64,000 nt of DNA from Octopus sinensis (lineage: Eukaryota): assembly GCF_006345805.1 (NCBI RefSeq), contig NC_043002.1, positions 14,694,001 through 14,758,000 of the forward strand, in the 5' to 3' direction. A program made the translations under genes and the position numbers. Positions 27,651 to 40,733 of the stretch are shown one piece after another (within the stretch, counting starts at the first letter, position 1; every line of letters begins with the position of its first letter). The notes under the pieces are model-generated. The model was not told the origin of the DNA, searched no databases, and was given only the letters and a program-made list of their open reading frames with translations.

Positions 27651-28238
27651 GGTTAAGTAAATAAACAAATACATCTGGTTTAAACTTCGAACCCCTTCAC
27701 TTTTAGATATACAAAATATTTAATATACATACATTTTACAGGCGATTGAATATATATTCACTTCCATCAGATTATGGTATACTCTAAACATCAATAGCTA
27801 ATATCTTCCGAATGTGAGAAGAGATGAGAAAGTGTGTTAGGCAGTGTATGAAAATCAACACGTTTCCTTAATATGTTACGTTATGCTGCACATCGTATTC
27901 TGTTTCGATTCGAAATCATTGTAAATGACTTTGTGTTTCATTCTCTTGCGCTCAATGATTAACGAAACACGCAAAAAATGGGAATCAAATTATTGGCCGA
28001 CTTTTTTACTTCAAATATAAGTATTAGTTTCAGTACCCGATGTAAATATGGCTGAGCACTTGTGTAGACATTGAAGATGATAGGATGATCCTGGAAGAAT
28101 CTCATTAAAAGACAGGCCCTAATTAGAGTTTCTTTTGAATTCCTTATTCGCATTTGTCGAGGCGAAGGCGTGGTTGTGTAGTAAGATAAAAACGATAAGA
28201 CAACAAAAGAAAGAAAGAGACAATTATTCGATAGCCAT

Positions 28239-28299
28239 GATAAAACTTCGAGTTTCGGATGCCGAAGTGGAAATCCACGCCGCCATCTCTTCAGTTATC
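28239..28299 (-). ncRNA. Near-canonical type I hammerhead ribozyme motif
   Basis: Minus strand: gataa-CTGAAGA-gatg[...gtgg attt ccac...]catc-c-GAAA-ct cga ag-TT-ttatc. Stem I is 5 bp, stem II is long with one extra C before GAAA, and stem III is 3 bp. The predicted site is GUU. Confidence 0.5.
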
Positions 28300-28676
28300 C
28301 GGCCACAGAGGAAAGGTTTTGAAAGATTACCATTATACAAAGGGAAATTAGTGTGTGATTGACCGTTTTTAAGACAAAAGAGCTATTCGAATGACCGCTA
28401 ATTAGGGAGTAAAGTAAAGGGGTAAAAAGTTTATAGTATTCACGTAAGCGCGCCTGTTCATACCTACACATGTGCGCCCGCACACCCACGTGCATGCGCC
28501 TAAAGTTATACATTCATCTGCCTTTACTTGAAAACGTACACATATTCACTCCCATCCTTCGCCAAATATATATGCATATGCATACAAACCCACACACACA
28601 CACCATAAAGCTCCAAACACACGTCTACATACGCACAAGTACAAGAAAAAACGTATATGTAAATGTATATATATAC

Positions 28677-28710
<34 letters not shown>

Positions 28711-28713
<3 letters not shown>

Positions 28714-29024
28714 TAATACTAAGCAATAAAGGGTTTAGCAACGAATTGCCTTACCACATACCGAATTTAGAAATAGCAGTCAAAGAGTTATAGCTATTTC
28801 TTCTACTAAAAAGGGAGATCTCAGTAAAAACAGCAATTGGAAGGCAGACACAAACAGGTAAGAGAGAATGTTTGTACCTGTTTGTGTCTGCCTTCCAATT
28901 GCTGTTTTTACTGAGATCTCCCTTTTTAGTAGAAGAAATAGCTATAACTCTTTGACTGCTATTTCTAAATTCGGTATGTGGTAAGGCAATTCGTTGCTAA
29001 ACCCTTTATTGCTTAGTATTACTT
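28711..29024. repeat. Perfect inverted repeat, 150-bp arms with a 14-nt spacer, immediately after (TA)n
   Basis: 28711-28860 (aagtaatact...caaacaggta) versus 28875-29024 (tacctgtttg...agtattactt). The arm is homologous to the start of the monomer at 20748 (aaagggYttag...ttagaaatagcag...gctatttc). Confidence 0.95.
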
Positions 29025-29320
29025 AAATTTTCCTCGAATGAGGCTTTTACATGCCGAAGACTACTTGGTGTAATTGATAATTATTCCAAATTAATTAATT
29101 TCACCCTTCATTATTACGTATATATATATATATATATATATATATGCATACATTTTATACTAGTTTCAGTTATTTCACTGCGGTCATGCTGCAGCACCAC
29201 TTTCTAGTCGAAGAAATAACCCCCTGGATGTATTGTTGTAATCCTGGTACTTATTCTATCGGTGTCTTTAGCCGGACTGCTAGCTTACGGGTACGCAAAC
29301 ACACCAGCATCAGTTGTCAA
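29021..29320. repeat. Direct duplication, copy 1 (copy 2 at 30613-30945): cassette end, (TA)n and a SINE B fragment
   Basis: acttaaattttcctcgaatgagg...cagcatcagttgtcaa occurs twice. It differs in TA-tract length and a couple of substitutions. Confidence 0.95.
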
Positions 29321-29779
29321 GCGATGGAGTGGGTAACGCAGACTCGAAGACATACACACACTGGAACACACACACACACACAGGCACACGCACACACGCC
29401 CCCGTACAAATATATATTTATGTATATTTTAATAAGATGTGTTGTGAACTCGGGAATTTAGTTAAAAATGCCGAAGAGAAGATGTTAAAATATATGAGAA
29501 TTTTAATATATATATATTATATATTTCAATAGGTCTTCTACATTTTTAACTAAATTGTTGAGTTTTATGGGATTTCTTCCCATAAATTTACAACACATCA
29601 TATACAAGTATTATTTTCACATTCGCAAAGTTACGCCTGTAAACCTACCAGCGAAATATGAAGAATCAATCTATATTAGAAATCTTTTGGGAGAATCGCC
29701 AGATTAAAGACTGGATCTTAATTCAACCTTTTAACACGCACTTACATACACACACGTGTATATATATATATATATATAG

Positions 29780-29812
<33 letters not shown>

Positions 29813-29948
29813 ATATATATATGCATATATATACGCATATATATATATGTATGTGTATATATATATGTATGTATGTATGTATATATATATATATATGTAT
29901 GTATGTATGTATATATATATATTATTATATATATATATATATATATAT

Positions 29949-30006
<58 letters not shown>

Positions 30007-30012
30007 CTATAT

Positions 30013-30051
<39 letters not shown>

Positions 30052-30612
30052 CATGTGTTGTTTATTGCCGTCAGGATATTTTTCTGCTAAATAATGATTA
30101 TTAGTAATGATACATATTCGTTTAACCGATACCATGTTAATAATATAGTATTTCTTCACCAATCTATGTCAGTAAATATGCTATCTATTGAACGATACAC
30201 GATCCCTTTTGATCGCCTTTTCCCCGATCCCTTTTGATCGGAATTTTACTTTTTTTTCTTTCTTTTTCCTTTTTCTTTTTCATTTTCGAAAAGAAAAGCT
30301 CTGCATTTGTATTTGTCCTCTCTGTGTTCAGCCCTCTGTGGCCAACACAGGAAGTTAGTTATTGAAAGAGAATGTGGCTATATTACGGACAATTAAGTTT
30401 TGGATATCTCGATAAAGTACAGTGTTATTAATGAATGACATCTTTCAGATATCGACAGGTTTGACAATTTGGCAGGCATGCGTTCAGTATCCTAATGCAA
30501 GACGCCTAAATATCGAGTGATCTGGCAACTACAGAAGTGAATCAAAATGAATAATCTTGTTGAAGGCTTCGCAGATCCTACAGTTACAAAATTCATGTCT
30601 ATCTTTTGTCAA

Positions 30613-30707
30613 ACTTAAATTTTCCTCGAATGAGGCTTTTACATGCCGAAGACTACTTGGTGTAATTGATAATTATTCCAAATTAATTAATTTCACCCTT
30701 CATTATT

Positions 30708-30765
<58 letters not shown>

Positions 30766-30945
30766 TATATGCATACATTTTATACTAGTTTCAGTTATTT
30801 CACTGCGGTCATGCTGCAGCACCACTTTCTAGTCGAAGAAATAACCCCCTGGATGTATTGTTGTAATCCTGGTACTTATTCTATCGGTGTCTTTAGCCGG
30901 ACTGTTAGCTTACGGGTACGCAAACACACCAGCATCAGTTGTCAA
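30613..30945. repeat. Direct duplication, copy 2
   Basis: See 29021-29320. It is preceded by ttgtcaa (30606-30612), the same 7-mer that ends the copy. Confidence 0.95.
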
Positions 30946-32214
30946 TATTTTAACAAAGCAGAATATTACCGTTCCGTAGTAGAAGTGTTGTTGTCTAGTT
31001 GGCATGATAATATTGGAAAATGGACCAGGTATTCCGTTATGATTAAATGCTGAGTACACGCTAAATTATGTGAAATAACGATATTCTTCCAGTAAAGTAA
31101 TTCTCTGCCTAATGTTTTATGGAATATCTGGTTAAATTACGCATGTATACCTGTAGCTATATTCTGAAGGAAGCAGATGCAATCAGTATACAGTGTAAAT
31201 AACTTCTATTTTTCATTGTGCCATAGACTACATTAATTCTATCACGATATTGGTAACCAGTAACTTGCCATTTATTTATTATAATCAAGGGAGGAAATAA
31301 TTATATTCGAAGCGACTAAGCACCAAATATTGTCTAGATATTGACCTTATGGAGTGAATATCATTTTATTGTACACTGAATCTCATATACAGAATTAATT
31401 CCACTATATAGTTATTCTTGTCTCTCTGATACAAAACAAATTATTTTCCATCTGAAACCAAGTAATCACAAATCAAGTAACACCACTATATCTATTGGCC
31501 CGAAGGACTGAGAATTTCTACAATACTTATGACACAAGAATGTGAATAATTCGTAGTGAATAGCTTTAATCATTCTATCAAACATGACGGAAAACAACCT
31601 CTAAGTAAATATCTCTTACGCTCTTAAGTTCTCTATACAAACAGGACATATATAATTTCATGATTAAATTCAATAACCACATGCTTATATTGCAGTGATA
31701 AGTATTTGTTTAATGTCTTTTTTGAGAGCAAATGATCTTAAAATTTGAAATCAGTTGATCCATTTATTTATCGTAACAATTTTGTAAAAACATAGTCTAG
31801 CGCTCATATTGAGGTTTGAATTCTCATATCAAGAGATGTAACAATCCAGCATCCCAAAATTCCTTAATTGTTATCATGTCCTGTTTACATTATTCAAGGT
31901 CAAACGTATCTGGGATACTCTTTGCGTCTTCTGACAACATAAGTAATATCAGGAGAAAATGATTAAATTGATACACCACAGATTTATGTACAATAAGACT
32001 GTGATCTTAATAATGCGTACAGAGCAAATATGTCGCAGTGGGAAAGTACCTGATGGAAGCACATTTAATACTAAATAAAATTACAGTATTTAATTAAGAG
32101 ATTTGTATTACTGCGATTAATCGAATGTTCTTAAGTTGCTATTGTGCAAACATTAGACCCAGCTGCATAGATATAACACCACACGCATATACAAGTATGT
32201 GTGTGTGTGTGTGC

Positions 32215-32264
<50 letters not shown>

Positions 32265-32479
32265 TGTGTGTGTGTTGTTTGTACAGATATAAAAAGAGGA
32301 AGCAGAAAAACCATCGATTTGGCGCTACTGAATTTAAGTAAATGGGAAATGGTATCTTTCGGTTGTTAAAGATTCATCGTTTTATCGTTTTTCGTCATCG
32401 TCTGGTCCATGGCATATCACGTGTTTGCTATTAGAACGTTTTATCATGAACGTTAAATATGTGTTTTGTTATGCTCAAA

Positions 32480-32800
32480 CCCTGCATAATGAAAATGAGT
32501 CAATAAAACCGTATGCAGAAAGAGCTGGATCAATTTGTAACTGAAAACAGCAAGTCTGCCATGTACAGATCAGAAAGATTTTTCCATCTTGTAATCGAGA
32601 TTTTCTTCTCCAGCCCATTTAACCAAGCTCCGAACAAATCGCACGTCATGCAGTCTCCTTCCTCTGCGTCGCATTCCATTGGAAATTTCTTTACAGCTTT
32701 AAAAGTATCTTGGATGTGTGGTCTTCCAATAAGAAAGCAGAAATAATTATTTAGTTACGTTTCTGTTACAGCAAGAAGGCAATTTAAACAGTGTTTTCAA
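32480..32800 (-). mobile_element. Degenerate pogo/Tigger (DDE_1-type) transposase relic
   Basis: Minus frame LIGRPHIQDTFKAVKKFPMECDAEEGDCMTCDLFGAWLNGLEKKI, then after a shift GKIFLI. This matches the pattern LvIGK..kPr.FK.vk.LPv.Y.an..aWMT..lF..WL..ld.km...rKilL. No TIRs were found. Confidence 0.55.
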
Positions 32801-33180
32801 TTCTCGCTTCCTTCGGAGGAAGAGGACGCAGCATACTAAAATATTATCGTCTATCTTACAAATGTGTTCTTTAAGAGTAAATAGATATCTTTTCGCTTTC
32901 CGTCAACTTAGTCTTTGTTTGTGCAGAAATATCAGTTTCTTCACCACATGAAACGCTTGATCTGATCATGCATTTATCAGTAAATAGATTCATGGATTCG
33001 GTACTAGCCCGAAACTTTGAGTAATGCATAACTTGTAGTATACCTAAAATTTTGTTTTTTCCTGAATAAGTGAGCCCCTAATTGTATTGTTTAAAAATTT
33101 GATTTACAAACTTGCCAAAACCCCTTCATCGTATCTTCGAAAATATTATATACTTTTGAAATGTGGATCCAAATATTAAT

Positions 33181-33395
33181 TTCAGGTTTTGGCGTAAGGC
33201 CAGCAATTTTGGGCGGGGAGGGTAGGTCGATTACATCTACCCCCTCCCAGTGATCAACTAGTTCTTATTTGATCGATCTGAAAGGATAAAAGTCAAATTC
33301 GACCTCGTCGGAATTGGAACTCAGAGCGTAACGAAGAACGAAATGCTGCTAAGAATTTTCCTCAGCATGCTAACGATTCTGACAGCTCGATGCCT
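33181..33395 (-). mobile_element. Diverged SINE family A variant
   Basis: gatcgatctgaaaggataaaagtcaaattcgacctcgtcggaattggaactcagagcg...gacagctcgatgcc. Confidence 0.7.
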
Positions 33396-33433
33396 TTTAA
33401 GTTAATTTTTTTTATTCAATCTTATATCGAGCA

Positions 33434-33742
33434 GTGGAGGCGTAATGGCCTAGTGGTTAGGGTATTGGACTCGTGGTCATAAGATCGAAGTTTCGATTCT
33501 TAGACCAGGCATTGTTAGTATTTATTGAGCGAAAACACCTAAAGCTCCACGAGGCTCAGGCGGGAGGTGGTGGTGAACCCTGCTGTACTCTACCAACACA
33601 ACTTTCTCTCACTCTTTCTTCCTGTTTCTGTTGTACTTGTATTTCAAAGGGCCAGCCTTGTCACACTCTGTGTCACGCGGCATCTCCCCGAGAACTACGT
33701 TAAGGGTACATGTGTCTGGAGTGCACAGCGACTTGCAAGTTA
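33434..33742 (+). mobile_element. tRNA-derived SINE, family D, followed by the 3' half of family C (to about 33943)
   Basis: Head gtggaggcgtaatggcctagtggttaggg...gtttcgattc. The body matches the reverse complement of 36802-37151. Confidence 0.75.
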
Positions 33743-34489
33743 ACAAATGAGCTGCGACCTTAATGGTACCAAGCTGTATCAGCGTTTGCCTTTCCCTTGG
33801 ATATCATCTGTGACGTCGACAGGGGAGGCTGGTATGCATGGGCGACAGCTGTGCTTCCATAAACGACCTTGCCCAGACTTGTGCCTCGGAGGGTAACTTT
33901 CTAGGTGTGCAATCCCATGGTCATTCACGATCGAAGAGGGGCACAAATATCGAACAATAATTATCGAGGACAATGATGTCAGATTAAAGTTAATTAGTCA
34001 TTCATGTCATTTATTTTCCCCAGAATTAAAAATGTTCCATTCTAGATGTACATGGAACAAAGACGGTCGCATTTAATTTGCTCTGATTTACATGATTTCA
34101 ACAGAAATTGAGTAACAAACGTGTCTTAATTACTTCAGTATTTGAATTTTAATTTTCTTAAACCCAAATTAAAAGTGTGCAAATCATTTGGTGTTTTGTG
34201 TAATGAAAAATATGCAAATCTGAATTATTAAGATGATCGCGAGTCAGCGATGTTGGTTAAAACTTAACAAAGATTGCTTTCGTTATATATTTTTTCAGAT
34301 ATATTATATATTTCGTCATCAACAACTTTTTCGACTAATTTGTAGATTTCTATGGCATAAGAGCTGTCTCAACAATAACTATTCTAAGACTAAATTTATA
34401 TTCCTGGTGCAGTATTTACATATATTTTATTAGTTGAGTATAAATATTTTACTGTCTTGAACATTAACGAGTCTTATATTGAATTGTGA

Positions 34490-36600
34490 ATAACTTTCTT
34501 TACCGAGTTGAAATATATTATGTCTCTCCTGTCTATACATTCTCAATAAAGCCTCGATATATAGTATGAAATATTCTGATTTGCGCCGACGAGAAATATA
34601 TATATATTACTTGCGGTGCGAGCCAGTTTAAGAAATGTCGATGGTAAATTATGGAGTGGATCAGATAGAGAGAATATTTCTGATATAACGATGGGATCAT
34701 CTGACTCTATAGAGATCACGGACTTAGTTGGAATATATATCATTTCAATAATTCATTCTTCCTTTTCGGAATAAAGAGGAGGTCTATATGGAGATGATGG
34801 ACTATTCTTGCTGGACATGAGTAATAAAGTACGTCTAGAAATGCATAAGAAACATTTTAAGCTTTTTAGGAATTTAGAACTCAAATTTATTCTAGAAAAA
34901 GATTATCGTAGAGTTAATTTCCTTGACACCACCTTCTGTCTTTATATTGGATTATTTCAACTATTTCATAAACAAAATCAAAATATTAATTATATAAATG
35001 TAGCATTCAACCATCCACCCTCGAATATTTCAAAAATAATATCTAAAGTATTATCTGCTAAGAAAACAAATCGAATCACATGCACCAAATTACAAAACTG
35101 CCTTGGATACCGTGAGGAAATTCAATACATATAAGAAACACGCATACAAAAACTTGCCAATTCCAACAATAATAATACACATTGTACACCAACACAACGT
35201 TACTATTTGTGAACTGACTCAGATCGAAATTACAGGCGAGGAAGAATTGGTCAAGGCTATAAACTACAAACCCAAACTCATAGACACAGGACACAAGACA
35301 TGTCCCTAACCCCGTACAACACACTAGAACAAAGAAGCCAAACAACAAAGTGAGGAATATAATATCTTCTGGCACAACCCAATCTTCGGTTCACATGTGT
35401 CACCGAATATCGTTAGGAGATACCTTGCTGCTTAAGATAACTTTTTTCCCTAAATATAATAAACACCATGCTATTGTTAATAGACACACCATGAAAGTAT
35501 CTTACGCTAACTCTATTAATTTAGAGCAGCATATGCACTACATAAACAAAAGTAACATGAAACAATAGATCAATAAGCCATCTACTGGACCTAACAAACA
35601 TGTACATTAAAAAACCAGGAAAGGAGATGTAAATCTCAATGAAATTCAGCAGATACGGCCAAATCGTAATGGGAGAAATGATTGTGATATGTCTAACGCG
35701 GTAACAACGTCGGAAAATGCAGTGAGAACTGCCATATATATAAATAAAAATAATAAATGCACATGCAGAAAAAAATAAAAATGCACTTTGATGAACCTCG
35801 GTATGAGTAAAAATCTTGTTTATAAATGTACATATTTCTTTATTACCCACAAGGGGCTAAACATAGAGGGGACAAACATGGACAGACATAGGTATTAAGT
35901 CGATTATATCGACCCCAGTGCTTAACTGGTACTTAATTTATCGACCCCGAAAGGATGAAAGGCAAAGTCGACCTCGGCGGAATTTGAACTCTCAACGTAA
36001 CGGCAGCCGAAATACCTATTTCTTTATTACCCACAAGGGGCTAAACACAGAGCGGACAAACAAGGATAGACATAGGTATTAAGTCGATTACATCGACCCC
36101 AGTGCGTAAATGGTACTTAATTTATCGACCCCGAAAGGATGAAAGGCAAAGTCGACCTCGGCGGAATTTGAACTCACAACGTAACGCAGACGACATACCG
36201 CTAAGCATTTCGCCCGGCGTGCTAAGGTTTCTGCCAGCTCGCCGCCTTATATATAATGTACCGAGCGTATATAAATGTACCGTGCGTACAAGGGGAACGC
36301 CGTTTGTTTATTTTGGAGGTGATTCATTCAAGAACAGTTATCACAAATATGTCACCAGCATCAAGAAAATCACTAGGAGACATTCAAGATTCGTTTTGTG
36401 TGGTGACTTAAGGGGGATAAAATTAAGTATAGTATAAATCAGTCCACAGCAATGTACGGAAAAGCATATAATAAAATTGTCAGGAGATGTTCACTCTGCT
36501 CCGAGGAATCACTGTCACTGTGCTGGTGAAAACATTGATAGAATTTCTGAAAGAGTCTTACGATGCTAACATGCATATACATGCACCTTCGCACAATGTA
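34490..36600 (+). mobile_element. Degenerate Penelope-like retroelement (RT plus GIY-YIG region), interrupted by a SINE dimer
   Basis: Broken frames give DITMGSSDSIEITDLVGIYI, GLYGDDGL, VNFLDTT, YINVAFNHPP, FWHNPIF, FPKYNKHHAIVNRHTMKVSY and, after the SINE, YFGGDSFKNSY and AYNKIVRRCSLCSEE. These follow Penelope RT and endonuclease motifs in the expected order. Confidence 0.75.
35835..36246 (-). mobile_element. SINE family A dimer (1.7 units)
   Basis: Two tandem cores (tttctttattacccacaaggggctaaac at 35835 and about 36019). tataaatgtac-like sequence lies on both flanks. Confidence 0.85.
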
Positions 36601-36801
36601 GTGGGGCTCTACACAATGTAGAGTAGACAACGTATTTCACTTTAAGGTATGGATGAATTAGATTTAGCTGTAACATTCCATTTCTTGTAAGTGCCAAGTG
36701 AACATATGCGTGTGTATGCTTACATCTTAACGGTTATATTTTATACTTTTTCCGATGTATTGCGCGTTCGTATTTTTTTTTGTATCTGTTTTTATTATTG
36801 A

Positions 36802-37151
36802 TCTTCTATGGATGGAAGCACTCCGTTCGGTTACGACGATGAGGGTTCCGGTTGATCCGAATCAACGGAACAGCCTGCTCGTGAAATTAACGTGTAAGTG
36901 GCTGAGCACTCCACAGACACGTGTACCCTTAACGTAGTTCTCGGGGATATTCAGCGTGACACAGAGAGTGACAAGGCCGGCCCTTTGAAATACAGAAATA
37001 GGAAGTAAGAGTGAGAGAAAGTTGTGGTGAAAGAGTACAGCTTTAGGTGTTTTCGCTCAATAAACACTCACAACGCCCGGTCTGGGAATCGAAACCGCGA
37101 TCCTATGACCGCGAGTCCGCTGCCCTAACCACTGGGCCATTGCGCCTCCAC
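36802..37151 (-). mobile_element. SINE family D
   Basis: Minus strand head gtggaggcgcaatggcccagtggttagggcagcggactcgcggtcataggatcgcggtttcgattccc. Confidence 0.8.
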
Positions 37152-37539
37152 CTGATCTTCTATATAAAGCAAGCTATATCATTTGATTTACTCACTTTTC
37201 TTTCCACGAAATGAAAAGATACGTTGCAGAACTGTTATGTTAATGATTTATATCTATTTAACACTCAAAGAGACACATGCGCCCCGTCGGATGCTCCTGA
37301 AGCAGGTGTTAAATATTCCACCTTCAAGGATTCGATGTTAAATAGGCTGAAACAATTGTAGTGACAAATAAAAATTCTTGTATCTTCCGTCAACAAACAA
37401 CCCCGTGTGTGTGTATGTGTGTGTGCGTGTGTGTGTGTGCGTGTGTGTGTGTGTTTGATTATACATGCGTCGATAGATCCATGTATCTGTGTATATAATT
37501 TTGCCGTGCATATGTTACCTTGCACTTAATACACACGCA

Positions 37540-37706
37540 CAGGAGTGGCTGTGTGCTAAGTAGCTTGCTAACCAACCACATGGTTCCGGGTTCAGTCCCA
37601 CTGCGTGGCATCTTGGGCAAGTTTCTTCTGCTATAGCCCCGGGCCGACCAATGCCTTGTCAGTGGATTTGGTAGACGGAAACTGAAAGAAGCCTGTCGTA
37701 TAAATG

Positions 37707-37737
<31 letters not shown>

Positions 37738-37935
37738 GTGTTTGTGTGTCTGTGTTTGTCCCCCTAGCATTGCTTGACAACCGATGCTGGTGTGTTTACG
37801 TCCCCGTCGCACAGCGGTTCGGCAAAAGGGCTTACAAAGAATAAGTCCCGGGGTCGATTTGATCGACTAAAGGCGGTGCTCCAGCATGGCCGCAGTCAAA
37901 TGACTGAAACAAGTACAAGAGTAAAAGAATAAAAG
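37540..37935 (+). mobile_element. SINE family B (full length)
   Basis: See 828-1237. It has an (AAAAGA)-like tail. Confidence 0.85.
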
Positions 37936-38703
37936 AGTGAATACGATATAACAGAAATACTGAAAATCATCTGCCTTAGCATATTTTACGTAGCAAATAA
38001 AGAGTATCATTATTATTATTTCATCAATATATATTTGATTTAACAGACGTTGTAAAATAAGTATAGCCATGCGTTTAATCGACTGAAATTATCTATCGTA
38101 CATGATTAATTCTATTATGAAGCACATGGAATATATATAATGCATTGTGATTTTGATTTGCTTTTATGAAAACTTAATCTGCAATACATTAAATTTCGAT
38201 GGAAACGTTCTTTGTTATATATGTTTTGCACGGAAACGAGGAATAAACAATTTTTCTGGGTAGTTCCGAATTTGATTAATCCATTGCCCAGAAAATAATG
38301 AATATAATTATTAATATTGGAGCACGATTGTATATTTATAGACTGAGGAAGCGGAAATATTGAGTTATAGGTATTTCAGTGTTCCATTTGCTGGTCTGTG
38401 TAATATCAGCTGTATTCAAATATTTCTGATTTTATTAATGTACACCGTGTTCTGTTCATAACACAAAATTATTTGCTACTTCATAAATATTTCAGCTTCT
38501 TACATAGTTGCATTCGACTATGTTTAAATGTTGTTAACTACATTAAGAGCTCAAACTTGTTCTAGAGAATATTTAATAATTTACACTTATCTTATATGAA
38601 TTAAACTGCGCAACACATGTGCACTGACATAAATATATAAGCATAGCCGAGCCTGTATATATGTGTATATTCCCCGTATTATACTGTTCTGTATTTCTGG
38701 ATG

Positions 38704-38739
<36 letters not shown>

Positions 38740-38894
38740 GTGAAATAGAAAGATGAATAATCTTGTAGTAGATTAATCAAAAGTTTAACCGATACCTTAG
38801 TAGCAAAAATCACAGCAGTGAACAGCACGGTTGGAGGTACAACCATCTGGCGTTGCAACCGTGCGTTGGTGCGGATAATTGAAATTAAAACATA

Positions 38895-39081
38895 TGGTGA
38901 ATTGAAGAAATGGAGCTGAACGCAGATTGAACAGAAATCGTTTTATTTCATTCTACACGTGTTTCGAAAGGCACAAATTACCAAAATCCGATTTGGTAAT
39001 TTGTGCCTTTCGAAACACGTGTAGAATGAAATAAAACGATTCTGTTCAATCTGCGTTCAGCTCCATTTCTTCAATTCACCA
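38895..39081. repeat. Near-perfect palindrome, about 93-bp arms, next to (TA)n
   Basis: Apex aattaccaaaatccgatttggtaatt. The arms are tggtgaattgaagaaatgg... and ...ccatttcttcaattcacca. Confidence 0.95.
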
Positions 39082-39089
39082 ATAATTTT

Positions 39090-39120
<31 letters not shown>

Positions 39121-39564
39121 CATACACACAGAGACACATTCAGAGAGAAAGAGAGAGAGAGAGAACGAGAGAGAGAGTAGAGAGAGTGCAATTGAAACCA
39201 TTCAGAAGATGAACACTCGTGTATAGGCAGATAGAAACTTATATATTTACACAAAAAAATAAAATAGTGTACAAAAATGCGTAAACGTAATCAATAATCG
39301 TTCCACTGTGAAGACGGAGCCCGGGTTTTCGCATCCACTGGTGGTTAATAACTTACTTGTTGTACACCCCATCTTCAAGCATTATGATTATTATGTAAAT
39401 CTCAGCACCCATAAATAGATGCAAACCTAAAATAATGTGCCCTTTCTCCTTAGTTTTTCTACATTTCTACATGTAAATCTGTTTTATAAATATCTTTATG
39501 GACATAGGTGATAGTTGATCTGATTATTTTCAGGTTTCGTTTTTCTCTCTTTGTCGCTATCTTT

Positions 39565-39643
<79 letters not shown>

Positions 39644-40733
39644 TGGAAAATAGTCAACACTTTGAACGCTTTCAAATGTAGAACAACATCCCATCATACG
39701 TGAAGCAGGAGGATATGTAGGATGCCTTTATTCACCGTAATTTATGTCTTAAGTGGTATTTTGATATTTACCATATTTTGTTATGGACTGTAATCCATCT
39801 AGCCACTTTGTACCGATTTTTATTATAGCATTGAAAAGAGCCTCAATATATATGATAATAATTCAGAAAAAAAAATTGTGTTTACCACTCCTAAAATCAC
39901 GATGATTTTGTTCTGCTCTTACTGCTATTTTTTTCTAATCCATATTCCTACTGATTCTATGAACGAACTAAACAGGCATTGACTGATTGTCTTTAATCTT
40001 CATCGATTCATATACGTTTTAACAAGATGTTAAACTTCAATAGATGTTACTTTCTATTGACTAGACAATCAAATATTGCAGAGGTGTTTGACTGAATTTT
40101 ATTTTGGAAAATAGAAGTATATACATTTTTCTTTTCTCTTCTTCCATTATCCAGTGATGCTAAGGCTTCGTTAACTGACAATACATAGAAACTTCACAGT
40201 CGGTCCATAATTTTTTTTTATTGAATTACTGCCAAATAACGTCGGACAATAACTCAATATTTGTATAAAATTGATTACGTGATTCACGTTGCCCTCTAAA
40301 CTCTCTTTATAATCTGCTTCAATGGGCTATTTTAATTCGAAGTAACAGTGTTAGATGCAAACATGTCAATCATAAACTAAGAAATAACATGAGGTTATTG
40401 TAGACTTATTGTAGACATTCTTAATTTTCTCTTCTCAAAAGATAGTTGTAGTATTATATATACCTATATATCATATAGCCTAAAGAAAACAAGTGCTCAT
40501 GTTCATACAATAATAAGTATTGATTTATGTGGTTTCTGATAAAAGATGAGAATTGTTTTATTATATTCTATATATGAAGTCGGAACTAAACGCGAATGCA
40601 TACTGTATTTCATTAGCAATGTTTAACTTTTACACACTTGAGATTACACTCAGAGTAAAATGGAGTGGATCAATCGTGGCATCATCTTAAATAATATTTT
40701 CCGGCACAATAAAGCGAAAACTATGGCATTAAT

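Noticed and set aside
29030-29075. cctcGAATGAggc...gccGAAG as a hammerhead
   Set aside because: Both core halves deviate, and the homologous position in the 546-bp unit lacks the stem.
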